From: Eledone cirrhosa
Lineage: Eukaryota
Length of the DNA stretch: 45,806 bases
Reading direction: 5' to 3'
NCBI GenBank assembly: GCA_964016885.1
Contig: CAXHJY010000399.1
Location: 1-45,806 of the forward strand
Shown: piece by piece, positions 13,487 through 27,223 of the stretch
Layout of the letters: every line of letters starts with the position of its first letter
Position numbering within the stretch: position 1 is the stretch's first letter
Notes under the pieces: generated by a model
Databases searched by the model: none
The model's input: the letters and a program-made list of their open reading frames with translations, nothing else
What the model was told of the DNA's origin: nothing
Translations under genes and position numbers: made by a program

Positions 13487-13544
13487 TACATATATATAAT
13501 ATATATATATATAATATATATATATAATGTATATATATAATATC

Positions 13545-13815
13545 AAATCAACTTTTTAAATGGAAGTTGCATTATTCTAAGGTATGTCAAAATTATTTAT
13601 AAAACAGCTTATATATTGTATTTTGTCTGAGGAAGGCATACCATATTTTTAATATGATATCCCAGAAATATATATAACGAAATAAATATGGTTTTATAAA
13701 TATAGTTTCCATTTGTTTAATATCGTAAACCTACTCCAAAAACTGTTGAGTGCTTTTATATCAGTTATAAAATATTTACTCGTTGTAACCCAACAATATT
13801 AAATAAATCTTTTGC
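13545..13815 (+). mobile_element. Solo 3' pseudo-LTR fragment of the 22.9-27.4 kb PLE family (diverged)
   Basis: Aligns by eye with 27082-27354, including the hammerhead and terminal GTTGTAACCCAACAAT. Confidence 0.8.
13619..13684 (+). ncRNA. Type I hammerhead ribozyme motif
   Basis: UAUUUUGU-CUGAGGA-long stem II-GAAA-UAUAUA-UA-ACGAAAUA. The stem II closing pair is mutated relative to the 27158 copy. Confidence 0.6.
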
Positions 13816-14583
<768 letters not shown>

Positions 14584-14804
14584 TTGGTAAACGGAATAGA
14601 AAATGCTGACAAATTGTTCACAGTTGAAAAATGGTTTAATTAGGAATAAAAGAGTATTAGTGATTGTATGGGTTAGTATTCAGTTGTGGTTTTAAGTTTT
14701 TAAGTTTTTACCGATTGCGCATTTCTAAATGCTTTTCAAAAATAATTTTGAGATAGAGTGTCCGTGCTGTTTGCTCTGATCTGATTAGTTTTGGGAATTC
14801 TACC

Positions 14805-15039
14805 TGTTTTTATGTTAAAAAAAATGGCTCCAGCGTTATTTTTGTGTTGTAAAAATGCTTGTGGTCAAAACAATTTTGATTGGTCGGTAGAGGTCATGTG
14901 AATATAAAAAGTTGATTTTGCGCCAAGACTGTTTTTATGTTAAAATGTTAGAAAAGTGGCTCCAGCAAAAATTATGGTCAAAACAATTTTGATTGGTCGG
15001 TAGAGGTCATGTGGATAAAAAATTGGTTTTGCGCCAAGA
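14805..15039. repeat. Imperfect two-copy tandem repeat (~110-125 bp) in an unclassified AT-rich island (14584-15065)
   Basis: CTGTTTTTATGTTAAAA...TGGTCAAAACAATTTTGATTGGTCGGTAGAGGTCATGTG...GCGCCAAGA occurs twice. Confidence 0.8.
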
Positions 15040-15064
15040 TTGAGAAATGACTCTTTCACAACAA

Positions 15065-15128
<64 letters not shown>

Positions 15129-15169
15129 TAGTAGTAGTAAGGTGTTCGATGCTGCGACAATAACTAACA

Positions 15170-15351
<182 letters not shown>

Positions 15352-15487
15352 GAGATATATACATATATATATATATAATATATATATATAATATATATAT
15401 ATACATATATATATATACATATATAATATATATATATATTATATATGTATGTATTATATATGTATGTATATATATATTATATATGTA

Positions 15488-17658
15488 TGTATTAGCGATA
15501 AATTTTCGATGGTTTCTCTTAGTAGCTTTTTCATGTCGTTAATATTATGATGTTCCCTGCTGTATTAGCGTTAAATTTTCCCTGCTGTATTAGCGATAAA
15601 TTTTCGAGGGTTTCTCTTAGTAGCTTTTTTCATGACGTTATTATTGTTAATTTTACTGATGTAGTATTAACTTGGATATTTACCATGCGACCCTCAGTTC
15701 CTACCCCCCCCCCCCTCTATGCACTTCTTTAAGGCTTACTACCCTGTCTTTAACCTAATTCATTCAATCTGAAAATATTGAAGAGATAAGACACTTTGCC
15801 ATTCTTCTCTGCTAAAATGTACCACTAGAGCTGATTCAAATTTTCCCAGCCAGCCATCCACCTAATCTACGAAGGTATTTTAGCCTACATATTGTCGTTA
15901 ATATTATGATGTTCCCTGCTGTATTAGCGTTAAATTTTCCCTGCTGTATTAGCGATAAATTTTCGATGGTTTCTCTTAGTAGCTTTTTCATGTCGTTAAT
16001 ATTATGATGTTCCCTGCTGTATTAGCGTTAAATTTTCCCTGTTGTATTAGCGATAAATTTTCGAGGGTTTCTCTTAGTAGCTTTTTTCATGACGTTATTA
16101 TTGTTAATTTTACTGATGTAGTATTAACTTATTAACTTGGATATTTACCATGCGGTATTCTAATCCTATTGTATCTCTCTCAGTTATTTACCATGCGACC
16201 CTCAGTTCCTACCCCCCTCCCCCTCTATGCACTTCTTTAAGGCTTACTACCCTGTCTTTAACCTAATTCATTCAATCTGAAAATATTGAAGAGATAAGAC
16301 ACTTTGCCATTCTTCTCTGCTAAAATGTACCACTAGAGCTGATTCAAATTTTTCCCAGCCAGCCATCCACCTAATCTACGAAGGTATTTTAGCCTACATA
16401 TTGTCGTTAATATTATGATGTTCCCTGCTGTATTAGCGTTAAATTTTCCCTGCTGTATTAGCGATAAATTTTCGATGGTTTCTCTTAGTAGCTTTTTCAT
16501 GTCGTTAATATTATGATGTTCCCTGCTGTATTAGCGATAAATTTTCGAGGGTTTCTCTTAGTAGCTTTTTTCATGACGTTATTATTGTTAATTTTACTGA
16601 TGTAGTATTAACTTATTAACTTGGATATTTACCATGCGGTATTCTAATCCTATTGTATCTCTCTCAGTTATTTACCATGCGACCCTCAGTTCCTACCCCC
16701 CCCCCTCTATGCACTTCTTTAAGGCTTACTACCCTGTCTTTAACCTAATTCATTCAATCTGAAAATATTGAAGAGATAAGACACTTTGCCATTCTTCTCT
16801 GCTAAAATGTACCACTAGAGCTGATTCAAATTTTCCCAGCCAGCCATCCACCTAATCTACGAAGGTATTTTAGCCTACATATTGTCGTTAATATTATGAT
16901 GTTCCCTGCTGTATTAGCGTTAAATTTTCCCTGCTGTATTAGCGATAAATTTTCGATGGTTTCTCTTAGTAGCTTTTTCATGTCGTTAATATTATGATGT
17001 TCCCTGCTGTATTAGCGTTAAATTTTCCCTGCTGTATTAGCGATAAATTTTCGAGGGTTTCTCTTAGTAGCTTTTTTCATGACGTTATTATTGTTAATTT
17101 TACTGATGTAGTATTAACTTATTAACTTGGATATTTACCATGCGGTATTCTAATCCTATTGTATCTCTCTCAGTTATTTACTATGCGACCCTCAGTTCCT
17201 ACCCCCCCCCCTCTATGCACTTCTTTAAGGCTTACTACCCTGTCTTTAACCTAATTCATTCAATCTGAAAATATTGAAGAGATAAGACACTTTGCCATTC
17301 TTCTCTGCTAAAATGTACCACTAGAGCTGATTCAAATTTTCCCAGCCAGCCATCCACCTAATCTACGAAGGTATTTTAGCCTACATATTGTCGTTAATAT
17401 TATGATGTTCCCTGCTGTATTAGCGTTAAATTTTCCCTGCTGTATTAGCGATAAATTTTCGATGGTTTCTCTTAGTAGCTTTTTCATGTCGTTAATATTA
17501 TGATGTTCCCTGCTGTATTAGCGTTAAATTTTCCCTGCTGTATTAGCGATAAATTTTCGAGGGTTTCTCTTAGTAGCTTTTTTCATGACGTTATTATTGT
17601 TAATTTTACTGATGTAGTATTAACTTGGATATTTACCATGCGACCCTCAGTTCCTACC
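15488..17658. repeat. Higher-order tandem satellite, ~4.4 units of 455-508 bp with nested ~97-bp and 23-bp subrepeats
   Basis: Anchor CGACCCTCAGTTCCTACC at 15688, 16196, 16680, 17186 and 17641; subrepeat TTCCCTGCTGTATTAGCG(T/A)TAAATT. Confidence 0.92.
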
Positions 17659-17901
17659 TCACAATTTCCCTCCCCCCCACCCCCACACACCACCATAGTC
17701 TATTCGACCAATCAAACCTAGCATGCCATTTCCACTGCTGCTGCTGCTACTACCTGCCTAACTAACTCTCTCCTCCTCTGGCGCATCCCAACACACCCTG
17801 CCATTACCCCACCACCACTGTCCTTCTAGCCCTCAATTTTCCCACCGTTAGGGATGGATGAGCTGGGAATACACGAGCAACTCTGAATCAATAGATGAAA
17901 T

Positions 17902-20900
17902 ATGAATCTGCGAGCTACCAAGCACCCACGTGAAGCGCCAACCCAGAGACCCTCCCCTACGAGTGTCGACAAATGCCCAAAACTCCGAGTTGGTACCATC
18001 AATGTAGGCTCAATGAAAGGAAGAGCAGGAGAAATCGTAGAAATGCTAGAGCGAAAGGAAGTTGATGTATGCTGTGTGCAAGAGACTAGATGGAGAGGAG
18101 GGTCTGCTAGAGTCCTTGTAGGAAAAAGCCAGTGCTACAAATTTTTCTGGGTGGGAAATGACGATGGGATGGGTGGTGTAGGTATACTATTAGCTGACAA
18201 GTGGGTAGATAAAGTAATCTCAGTGTACAGGGTAAATGCAAGAATCATTAAACTCAGACTAGTCCTGAATAAGACAATTACCACAATAATATCAGCTTAC
18301 GCACCCCAATCGGGGCTGCCAGACGAACTTAAGGATAGGTTTTACGAGTCCCTAATACACACTACTGCTCTAACAGACGACAAGGACTTCCTAATCATTG
18401 CAGGAGATTTTAACGGACACGTAGGTAAACACTGCGACGGCTTCAATAGAGTACATGGAGGCCATGGAGTTGGCACAAGGAATGAGGAAGGATTCAGACT
18501 TCTAGAATTCTGCGACGCCAATGACATGTCGATATGTAACACAAACTTTAAAAAACCCGACAACCACCTGATCACCTATAGATCAGGGGAGCACTCTAGT
18601 CAGTTAGATTTTATCCTCATCAGAGGACGTGACAGATGGACGGTCGTAAACACAAAAGCCTTCCCTAGTGAGGAATGTACATCCCAACATAGCTTAGTTG
18701 TCAGCGACCTCACGGTCAGAACTAGACGAGCCCTGAAACAGAGGCCAACCTGGAGAAGAAAGATCTGGAAGCTGAAAGTCCCCTCAACCAGTAACAGATT
18801 TAAAGATATTTTACTCAACGCCTACGACAGTAAAGAAGAACAGATAGAGACATTTAACGTAGAAGAGAACTGGGAGTTCCTAAAAAATAACTTACTAGAG
18901 GCGACGGATGAGGTTTGTGGCTGGAGTAAGACCTCAAGCAGGAGGAGAGTGACTTGGTGGTGGAACAATAAGGTAGATGAAGCAGTCAAGGCCAAGAGAC
19001 AGGCATGGAAAGAATGGAAGAACGGGGGGAGCAGGGTACATTACATAGAGACCAAGAGGGAAGCTAGGCGACAAGTATACTTAGCTAGGAGGGAAGCAGA
19101 GGATAGAAAATTCAAGCATGTTTTACAACGTGAGGACCAGAAACAGGAGGTATTCAAGATTGCGAGGCAGTGTGTCAGAGATAGTTGTGATGTCATTGGA
19201 GAGAAGTGTATCCGGAATGATAAAGGTGAGCTTGCCCTCACAAGTGCTGAGAAGAAAGATGCATGGAAGAGTCATTATGATAGATTACTAAATGAGGAGA
19301 ATGCATGGGAAGAAGAGACCCTACCCCACGTAGACCCTATAGAGGGACCAGCAGTACAAGTCAGCGGCAGCGTAGTAAGTAAGGCAATCAGAGATATGAA
19401 GATAGGGAAGGCAACCGGTCCATCGGGTATAGCTGCCGAGATGCTGAAGGCATCTGGGTCTGTAGGTCACACTATAACCACACGTATCGTTAACCAGGTA
19501 ATACTAGAGGGGGCCATACCAAAAGATTGGTGCAGTAGCATCATTGTCAACTGCTACAAAGGTAAAGGCGATGCACTAGATAGAGGAAACTATAGAGGTA
19601 TAAAGTTGATGGACCAGGTCATGAAAGTAACAGAAAGAGTTATAGCACAGCTGATTAGGGACCGGGTGAATATAGACGAGATGCAATTTGGGTTTGTTCC
19701 AGGGAAAGGCACCACTGATGCGCTCTTCCTTGTGAGGCAATTACAGGAAAAGTACCTAGCTAAAAGTAAGCCACTCTACTTGGCATTTGTCGACCTTGAG
19801 AAAGCCTTTGACAGAGTTCCACGTGCAGTAATCTGGTGGGCTCTTAGAAAACTAGGAGTAGATGAATGGCTTGTGAAAGCGGTACAAGCCATGTATAGGG
19901 GAGCAGTCAGCAAAGTTAGGATTGGCAATGAGTATAGCGAGGAATTTAGCGTACAGGTTGGGGTCCACCAGGGCTCTGTTCTTAGCCCTCTCCTGTTCAT
20001 CATAGTCCTGCAGGCAATAACGGAGGAGTTTAAGACCGGATGCCCATGGGAACTCCTGTATGCTGATGACCTCGCACTCATAGCTGAATCTATGGTAGAA
20101 CTAGAGAATAAATTCCAAACCTGGAAGCAGGGACTAGAGGGAAAGGGCCTCAAAGTCAACATGACAAAGACTAAGGTCCTTATAAGTAGACGAGAAAACA
20201 GAACCCAGATCCCCTCAGGGAAATGGCCTTGCTCAGTATGTAGGAAAGGTGTAGGTAGGAACTCCATTCTTTGCCCCAAATGCAAACAATGGGTACACAA
20301 GAGATGTAGCGGGATCTCAGGAAGCTTAATTAAGAATGTAGGATTCACATGCAGCAGCTGTGCTGAAACAGCAAGCAAACAGCCACAGGAAACAAGTACC
20401 ACCAATCTCTGGGAGGGCCCTGTAGAAACAGTAGACAGCTTCTGCTACCTAGGTGACCGAATTAGCAACGGAGGTGGGTGCTCAGAAAGTACAATAACTA
20501 GGGTAAGAACGGGATGGAAGAAGTTTAGGGAACTACTACCACTGCTAGCTGCAAAAGGCTTCTCCCTCAGAATGAAAGGCAGACTGTATGATGCGTGTAT
20601 CCGAACAGCGATGTTGCATGGTAGTGAGACCTGGGCGCTGAAGGTGGAAGACTTACGTAGATTAGAGAGAAACGAAGCCTGCATGCTCCGATGGATGTGT
20701 AACAGTAATATACGTGAACGACAAAGCATAAATGAATTGAGAGAGAGACTGAGCATAAGAGGAATCAAATGCTGCGTGCAGGAGAGGCGGTTACGCTGGT
20801 ATGGACATGTGATGCGTATGAAGGATGACAGCTGCATAAAAAGGTGCAGAGCACTAGAAGTTGATGGAAACCGCGGAGTGGGGAGACCCAAGATGACTTG

Positions 20901-21021
20901 GGATGAGGTGATAAAAGCCGACCTTACCCAACTACACCTCTCAAAGTCAATGACACACGACCGTGACTTCTGGCGTCACGCAGTAATACAGGGTACCCGA
21001 CCTCCCATGGGTACATGCTGA
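17902..21021 (+). CDS. Intact RTE ORF: APE endonuclease + reverse transcriptase with inserted PHD-type finger (1039 aa)
   Basis: Motifs GTINVGSM, CCVQETRW, ISAYAPQ, AGDFNGHVG, FVDLEKAFDRVP, GVHQGSVLSPLLF, LYADD, C4HC3 finger, FCYLG, RLRWYGHV; no internal stops. Confidence 0.95.
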   Translation: MNLRATKHPREAPTQRPSPTSVDKCPKLRVGTINVGSMKGRAGEIVEMLERKEVDVCCVQETRWRGGSARVLVGKSQCYKFFWVGNDDGMGGVGILLADKWVDKVISVYRVNARIIKLRLVLNKTITTIISAYAPQSGLPDELKDRFYESLIHTTALTDDKDFLIIAGDFNGHVGKHCDGFNRVHGGHGVGTRNEEGFRLLEFCDANDMSICNTNFKKPDNHLITYRSGEHSSQLDFILIRGRDRWTVVNTKAFPSEECTSQHSLVVSDLTVRTRRALKQRPTWRRKIWKLKVPSTSNRFKDILLNAYDSKEEQIETFNVEENWEFLKNNLLEATDEVCGWSKTSSRRRVTWWWNNKVDEAVKAKRQAWKEWKNGGSRVHYIETKREARRQVYLARREAEDRKFKHVLQREDQKQEVFKIARQCVRDSCDVIGEKCIRNDKGELALTSAEKKDAWKSHYDRLLNEENAWEEETLPHVDPIEGPAVQVSGSVVSKAIRDMKIGKATGPSGIAAEMLKASGSVGHTITTRIVNQVILEGAIPKDWCSSIIVNCYKGKGDALDRGNYRGIKLMDQVMKVTERVIAQLIRDRVNIDEMQFGFVPGKGTTDALFLVRQLQEKYLAKSKPLYLAFVDLEKAFDRVPRAVIWWALRKLGVDEWLVKAVQAMYRGAVSKVRIGNEYSEEFSVQVGVHQGSVLSPLLFIIVLQAITEEFKTGCPWELLYADDLALIAESMVELENKFQTWKQGLEGKGLKVNMTKTKVLISRRENRTQIPSGKWPCSVCRKGVGRNSILCPKCKQWVHKRCSGISGSLIKNVGFTCSSCAETASKQPQETSTTNLWEGPVETVDSFCYLGDRISNGGGCSESTITRVRTGWKKFRELLPLLAAKGFSLRMKGRLYDACIRTAMLHGSETWALKVEDLRRLERNEACMLRWMCNSNIRERQSINELRERLSIRGIKCCVQERRLRWYGHVMRMKDDSCIKRCRALEVDGNRGVGRPKMTWDEVIKADLTQLHLSKSMTHDRDFWRHAVIQGTRPPMGTC

Positions 21022-21064
21022 AGCATATAAACAATATGCCCCCCCCCCCCACCGCAAGGTGGTC

Positions 21065-21325
21065 GTGGAGGTGCCACGGCAAAAAAGCACCCAGCCCACA
21101 CTGTAAAGTGGACGTGTAGGCGCCACGAAAAAGCACCCAGCACTCACTGTAAATGAGGTTGGTGTTAGGAAGGGCATCCAGCTGTAGAAATCAAGCCAGA
21201 TCAGTTCCTGTATGAGCAAGGCATGGTCAGCCGACCAGACACTGCCCACAACAGGACAACCCGTCTAACCCATGCTAGTGTGGAAGAACGGACGTAAAAC
21301 GGTGATGATGATGATGATGATGATA
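21065..21325 (+). mobile_element. SINE-like bipartite RTE-derived segment (RTE 5'-UTR motif + RTE 3' tail) appended after the ORF
   Basis: AAAAGCACCCAG...CTGTAAA occurs twice, then GGTGTTAGGAAGGGCATCCA. The same motif lies upstream of the ORF in the second RTE (30781-30856, minus). Confidence 0.6.
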
Positions 21326-21383
21326 CATATATAATATATATATATATACATATATAATATATATATATACATTATATATATAC

Positions 21384-21425
<42 letters not shown>

Positions 21426-21556
21426 TATACATATATATATACATATATATATACATATATAATATATATATAAACATATATATATACATATATATATATA
21501 CATATATATATCTTTTGGGAGCCCCTACATATACATATATATACATATATATATGC

Positions 21557-21587
<31 letters not shown>

Positions 21588-21601
21588 CATATATATATAT
21601 G

Positions 21602-21644
<43 letters not shown>

Positions 21645-21652
21645 ATACATAC

Positions 21653-21711
<59 letters not shown>

Positions 21712-21734
21712 CACATATATATATATATATACAC

Positions 21735-21767
<33 letters not shown>

Positions 21768-21790
21768 CACATATATATATATATATACAC

Positions 21791-21832
<42 letters not shown>

Positions 21833-21860
21833 ATATATTTATATACACATATATATATAC

Positions 21861-21895
<35 letters not shown>

Positions 21896-21946
21896 CACAC
21901 ATATATATATATATATACATGTATATATACATATATATATATATAC

Positions 21947-21981
<35 letters not shown>

Positions 21982-22282
21982 CATACATATATATATATAC
22001 ATACATATATATATATATATACATATTTATAATATATACAATATATATATATATATACAATATATATATATATATATATACAATATATATATATATACAC
22101 AATATATATATATATATACAATATATATATATACATATATATATATATACAATATATATATATACACAATATATATATATACAATATATATATATACATA
22201 TATATATATATACAATATATATGTATACATATATATATATATATATATACATCTCTATATATATACATCTCTATATATATAC

Positions 22283-22313
<31 letters not shown>

Positions 22314-22328
22314 CATATATATATATAC

Positions 22329-22407
<79 letters not shown>

Positions 22408-22418
22408 CATATATATAC

Positions 22419-22449
<31 letters not shown>

Positions 22450-22538
22450 CATATATATACATATATATATATACATATACATATATATATATACATACAT
22501 ATATATATATATACATACATATATATATATATACATAC

Positions 22539-22617
<79 letters not shown>

Positions 22618-22711
22618 CATATATATATATACATATATATACATACATATATATATATACATATATATACATATATATATATACATACATATATATATAT
22701 ATATACATACA

Positions 22712-22745
<34 letters not shown>

Positions 22746-22758
22746 CATATATATATAC

Positions 22759-22811
<53 letters not shown>

Positions 22812-22823
22812 CATATATATATT

Positions 22824-22865
<42 letters not shown>

Positions 22866-22896
22866 TATATAATATATATACATATATATATATATT

Positions 22897-22936
<40 letters not shown>

Positions 22937-22950
22937 TATATAATATATAT
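21326..22950. repeat. Interrupted (TA)n microsatellite with a 17-bp unique island near 21512
   Basis: TA runs broken by C/CAC/CAA; island CTTTTGGGAGCCCCTAC. Confidence 0.97.
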
Positions 22951-22991
22951 ACAATATTAAATAAATGGAAACTATATTTATAAAACATATT

Positions 22992-23057
22992 TATTTCATT
23001 ATATATATTTCAGGGATATCATATTAACAATATGCTATGCCTTCCTCAGACAAAATA
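22992..23057 (-). ncRNA. Type I hammerhead ribozyme (left arm)
   Basis: Reverse complement of the 27158-27223 motif. Confidence 0.75.
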
Positions 23058-24394
23058 CAATATAAACAGTTTTATAGATAAATAGATTTGACATACCGTA
23101 ACAACATCGATTTGTATTTGAAAAGTTGATTTGGCAGTGAAAAAATTGTACACAGAGAGAAAGAAAGAGAGAAAAAAGAGAGAAAAAAGGAAAGAAAGAC
23201 AGAAAACGAAGAAAAAGAAGAAAAAAAAGAAATGCATGGAACAAAATAGAGAGATGGAAAGATAGATAAAGAGAAGAACTTCATGTAAAGAAACAGAGAG
23301 AGAAATATATATATATATATAGAGAGAGGAAATAGAGATAGATACATATATATAGAAAACTAGGTAGTGGGACGTCAGTTGAGTAAACGTATCAATGATA
23401 CATTTATTTATTTATTTTTTTATTTAGCTCTAGTATTAATGTAAGGGAGATATATGTGGTTAGGATAGAAACCAGCTGTTATATAGAGAGAGAAATTAAA
23501 AATAACCAGACATAGGCGAGGCATAAAAACCCTATGTTTTAATGTAGAGGTATTCGTATGTATAAAAACCAGCCTCTATATTGTAAATATCAGTATTCCT
23601 GAATGAGACATGTATCCATAATGTGTGAAAATGATCTTATGTTTAGTTTTTTTTAAAAATTCATATGTTTATGTGATAACTACAAACATCTATGTGAATT
23701 TATATGATCAACTCTGCAAACCCTAAGTTCACGGAAAACATTCTCATTGTGCTATAATAATTTAAGTATACATATATGTGTATATATATACAAACAAATA
23801 TATATAGAGTCTACTATTGCTACTATTCCTGTCTTTACTCTACAAGATTATCTATCAAGCAGAAATAGAGAGCAGATTTCAATATACTAATAAAAATATA
23901 TATCAGAAACAAAAAATAACAATAATAATAATAATAAGTAATAATAAGATAGAAAACTAAAAAATATTACGAAAGAGTATTACATATTAAAAATATTACA
24001 TATTAAAAATATTAAAAATAAAAATATTAGAAAATACTACAATAATAAAAAATAAACCACAAAGATCAACCCTTCAAAATTAATTGACAATATATTGCCA
24101 AGTTCATTATAAGCATCAGAGTCGAAAAACAGATAAAGCCAAAAATTATTTATCAAATCGCATCTAGCAAAAATCATTTCAAAAAGTTTAGGATGCCCAT
24201 TTGGTCTACATGTGTTCTTATATTTAGTTTATCTAGTGTAACGTTTATTCGAAATATTTGGAGCATCAACTTTTAGGGTAGCTTAATTTTTCATGAAGAA
24301 TGTTTAAATAAAAATAAAAATAAAAAGAAGAAAAAGAAGAAATCAAAGATTTATCGGCTAGTTTCTCATATAATTATAAATCAAACTAAATATA

Positions 24395-25490
24395 CTACAT
24401 TTTAAATTTAAATTTATATTTAAACGTTGAGTTTAATCTATGTTTGCAGCAACTGAATAAATTTGTCCGTAGATTAAGGGAATTTTTAGATTTTAGTATA
24501 AAGAATATCTCCTCTGCGCAGAGGTCACATGTCTCAGAGGATGAATTAAAAGGAATCCCTCTTGAGACTATATTCCAAGCCGTCGAATATCTAACGTTAT
24601 CTAGCTTAAGTTGCCAGAGTACGCCTGATAGTGCCGTTGAAGATTTCTTGCTTGGATCTGTGAAAGAATTCTTGTGGTTATTATAGCGAAGTTTAAATTC
24701 CGTCGATGTGGAACCGACGTAGTTAAAAGAATTAGAGTCAGTTTTAACATTACAATTGTATACTATATTTTTAACTAAGCAGTTGTTATTTAACGGACAT
24801 TTAGATCTATCTCTACAGTTACATTTGTTAACTTGTATATTATTTATGCTATTATCACTAGGTTTTAAGTTCCTATTATTTATTCTATTAATATTTTGTG
24901 CTAAATTTTTGGTGGATGAGTAGGTTAATTTAATTGTATGTCTATTGAAAATTGAGTGATACCTATGTGTTCTAGGGAAGCGATTATCAAGAGCTTTAAA
25001 AAATAGTTTAGCGATGTGGGTTTTAATGTTTAGTGAGAAAGGGGGGGGGGGGCAAACCAAATTATGTTCCTAGTTCTATTTCTTTTTTGGCCTTTGGAAT
25101 TACTGTAATGCTTTCTATTATAGTTGTTAAGGTTGCTGCCGTAATTAAAATAGTTGTTATTTTGTTTAGTTTGTCTATCATTATCTATGTACATAATCTT
25201 ATCAGCATATCCTGCTCTAGCTAATGCTTCATTGTAGTATTGGGCTTTTTCGTCGAAAATCTTTCTATTCGACGAGATCCTAGAGATACGTTTTTGAACA
25301 GAGTTTACTATAGTGTTTTTGACAGATCTGGGGTGGTTAGAGTTAAAGTTGACATAGTTTAAGTTTTCATTCAACTTGTGAAAAGGATAGTGAAGACATG
25401 TGTTGAGATTTAATGTTATATCTAGGAAATTGACTATTCTATGGTTGTTCTCAATTTCTATTTTAAGATTAAAGTAATTAAAAAATTGTG
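24395..25490 (-). pseudogene. PLE ORF, 5'-truncated: RT end/thumb + GIY-YIG endonuclease, frameshift in G-run at ~25040-25052
   Basis: VNFLDITLNL, NSNHP, RNIIWFAPP/FS, IFNRHTIKLTYS, CNCx5C, NIVY..NYVGST, FKLRYNNH, CDLC..E, LN.R...CCKH. Confidence 0.88.
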
Positions 25491-25491
25491 T

Positions 25492-25825
25492 TTTTAACTA
25501 CGTCGGTTCCACATCGACGGAATTTAAACTTCGCTATAATAACCACAAGAATTCTTTCACAGATCCAAGCAAAAAATCTTCAACGGCACTATCAGGCGTA
25601 CTCTGGCAACTTAAGCTAGATAACGTTAGATATTCGACGGCTTGGAATATAGTCTCAAGAGAGATTCCTTTTAATTCATCCTCTGAGACATGTGACCTCT
25701 GCGCAGAGGAGATATTCTTTATACTAAAATCTAAAAACTCCCTTAATCTACGGACAAATTTATTCAGTTGCTGCAAACATAGATTAAACTCAACGTTTAA
25801 ATATAAATTTAAATTTAAAATGTAG
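25492..25825 (+). pseudogene. Inverted duplicate of the GIY-YIG C-terminal half
   Basis: Reads FNYVGSTSTEFKLRYNNHKNSF...CDLCAEE...CCKHR to a stop at 25823-25825. Confidence 0.85.
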
Positions 25826-27157
25826 TATATTTAGTTTGATTTATAATTATATGGGAAACTAGCCGATAAATCTTTGATTTCTTCTTTTTATTTTTATTTT
25901 TATTTAAACATTCTTCATGAAAAATTAAGCTACCCTAAAAGTTGATGCTCCAAATATTTCGAATAAACGTTACACTAGATAAACTAAATATAAGAACACA
26001 TGTAGACCAAATGGGCATCCTAAACTTTTTGAAATGATTTTTGCTAGATGCGATTTGATAAATAATTTTTGGCTTTATCTGTTTTTCGACTCTGATGCTT
26101 ATAATGAACTTGGCAATATATTGTCAATTAATTTTGAAGGGTTGATCTTTGTGGTTTATTTTTTATTATTGTAGTATTTTCTAATATTTTTATTTTTAAT
26201 ATTTTTAATATGTAATATTTTTAATATGTAATACTCTTTCGTAATATTTTTTAGTTTTCTATCTTATTATTACTTATTATTATTATTATTGTTATTTTTT
26301 GTTTCTGATATATATTTTTATTAGTATATTGAAATCTGCTCTCTATTTCTGCTTGATAGATAATCTTGTAGAGTAAAGACAGGAATAGTAGCAATAGTAG
26401 ACTCTATATATATTTGTTTGTATATATATACACATATATGTATACTTAAATTATTATAGCACAATGAGAATGTTTTCCGTGAACTTAGGGTTTGCAGAGT
26501 TGATCATATAAATTCACATAGATGTTTGTAGTTATCACATAAACATATGAATTTTTAAAAAAAACTAAACATAAGATCATTTTCACACATTATGGATACA
26601 TGTCTCATTCAGGAATACTGATATTTACAATATAGAGGCTGGTTTTTATACATACGAATACCTCTACATTAAAACATAGGGTTTTTATGCCTCGCCTATG
26701 TCTGGTTATTTTTAATTTCTCTCTCTATATAACAGCTGGTTTCTATCCTAACCACATATATCTCCCTTACATTAATACTAGAGCTAAATAAAAAAATAAA
26801 TAAATAAATGTATCATTGATACGTTTACTCAACTGACGTCCCACTACCTAGTTTTCTATATATATGTATCTATCTCTATTTCCTCTCTCTCTCTATATAT
26901 ATATATTTCTCTCTCTGTTTCTTTACATGAAGTTCTTCTCTTTATCTATCTTTCCATCTCTCTATTTTGTTCCATGCATTTCTTCTTTTTTTTTTCTTCT
27001 TTTTCTTCGTTTTCTGTCTTTCTTTCCTTTTTCTCTCTTTTTTCTCTCTTTCTTTCTCTCTGTGTACAATTTTTTCACTGCCAAATCAACTTTTGAAATA
27101 CAAGTCGATGTTGTTACGGTATGTCAAATCTATTTATCTATAAAACTGTTTATATTG

Positions 27158-27223
27158 TATTTTGTCTGAGGAAGGCATAGCATATTGTTAATATGATATC
27201 CCTGAAATATATATAATGAAATA
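27158..27223 (+). ncRNA. Type I hammerhead ribozyme (right arm) with (UA)n palindromic stem III
   Basis: UAUUUUGU-CUGAGGA-AGG..CAUAUU(GUU)AAUAUG..CCU-GAAA-UAUAUA-UA-AUGAAAUA; overlaps AATAAA. Confidence 0.75.

Larger units (their letters stand above)
17660..21325 (+). mobile_element. RTE-clade LINE, near full length, (GAT)n tail
   Basis: Single long APE-RT ORF; ends ...GGACGTAAAACGGT(GAT)n abutting (TA)n. 5' boundary approximate. Confidence 0.92.

Noticed and set aside
15488-17658. Satellite as another retrozyme, or the 61/73-aa ORFs as genes
   Set aside because: No CUGANGA...GAAA fold was found on either strand by eye, and the ORFs are short repeat translations.
19776-20891. Antisense ORFs over the RTEs (also 27678-30111)
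   Set aside because: Shadow frames of the RT coding strand.
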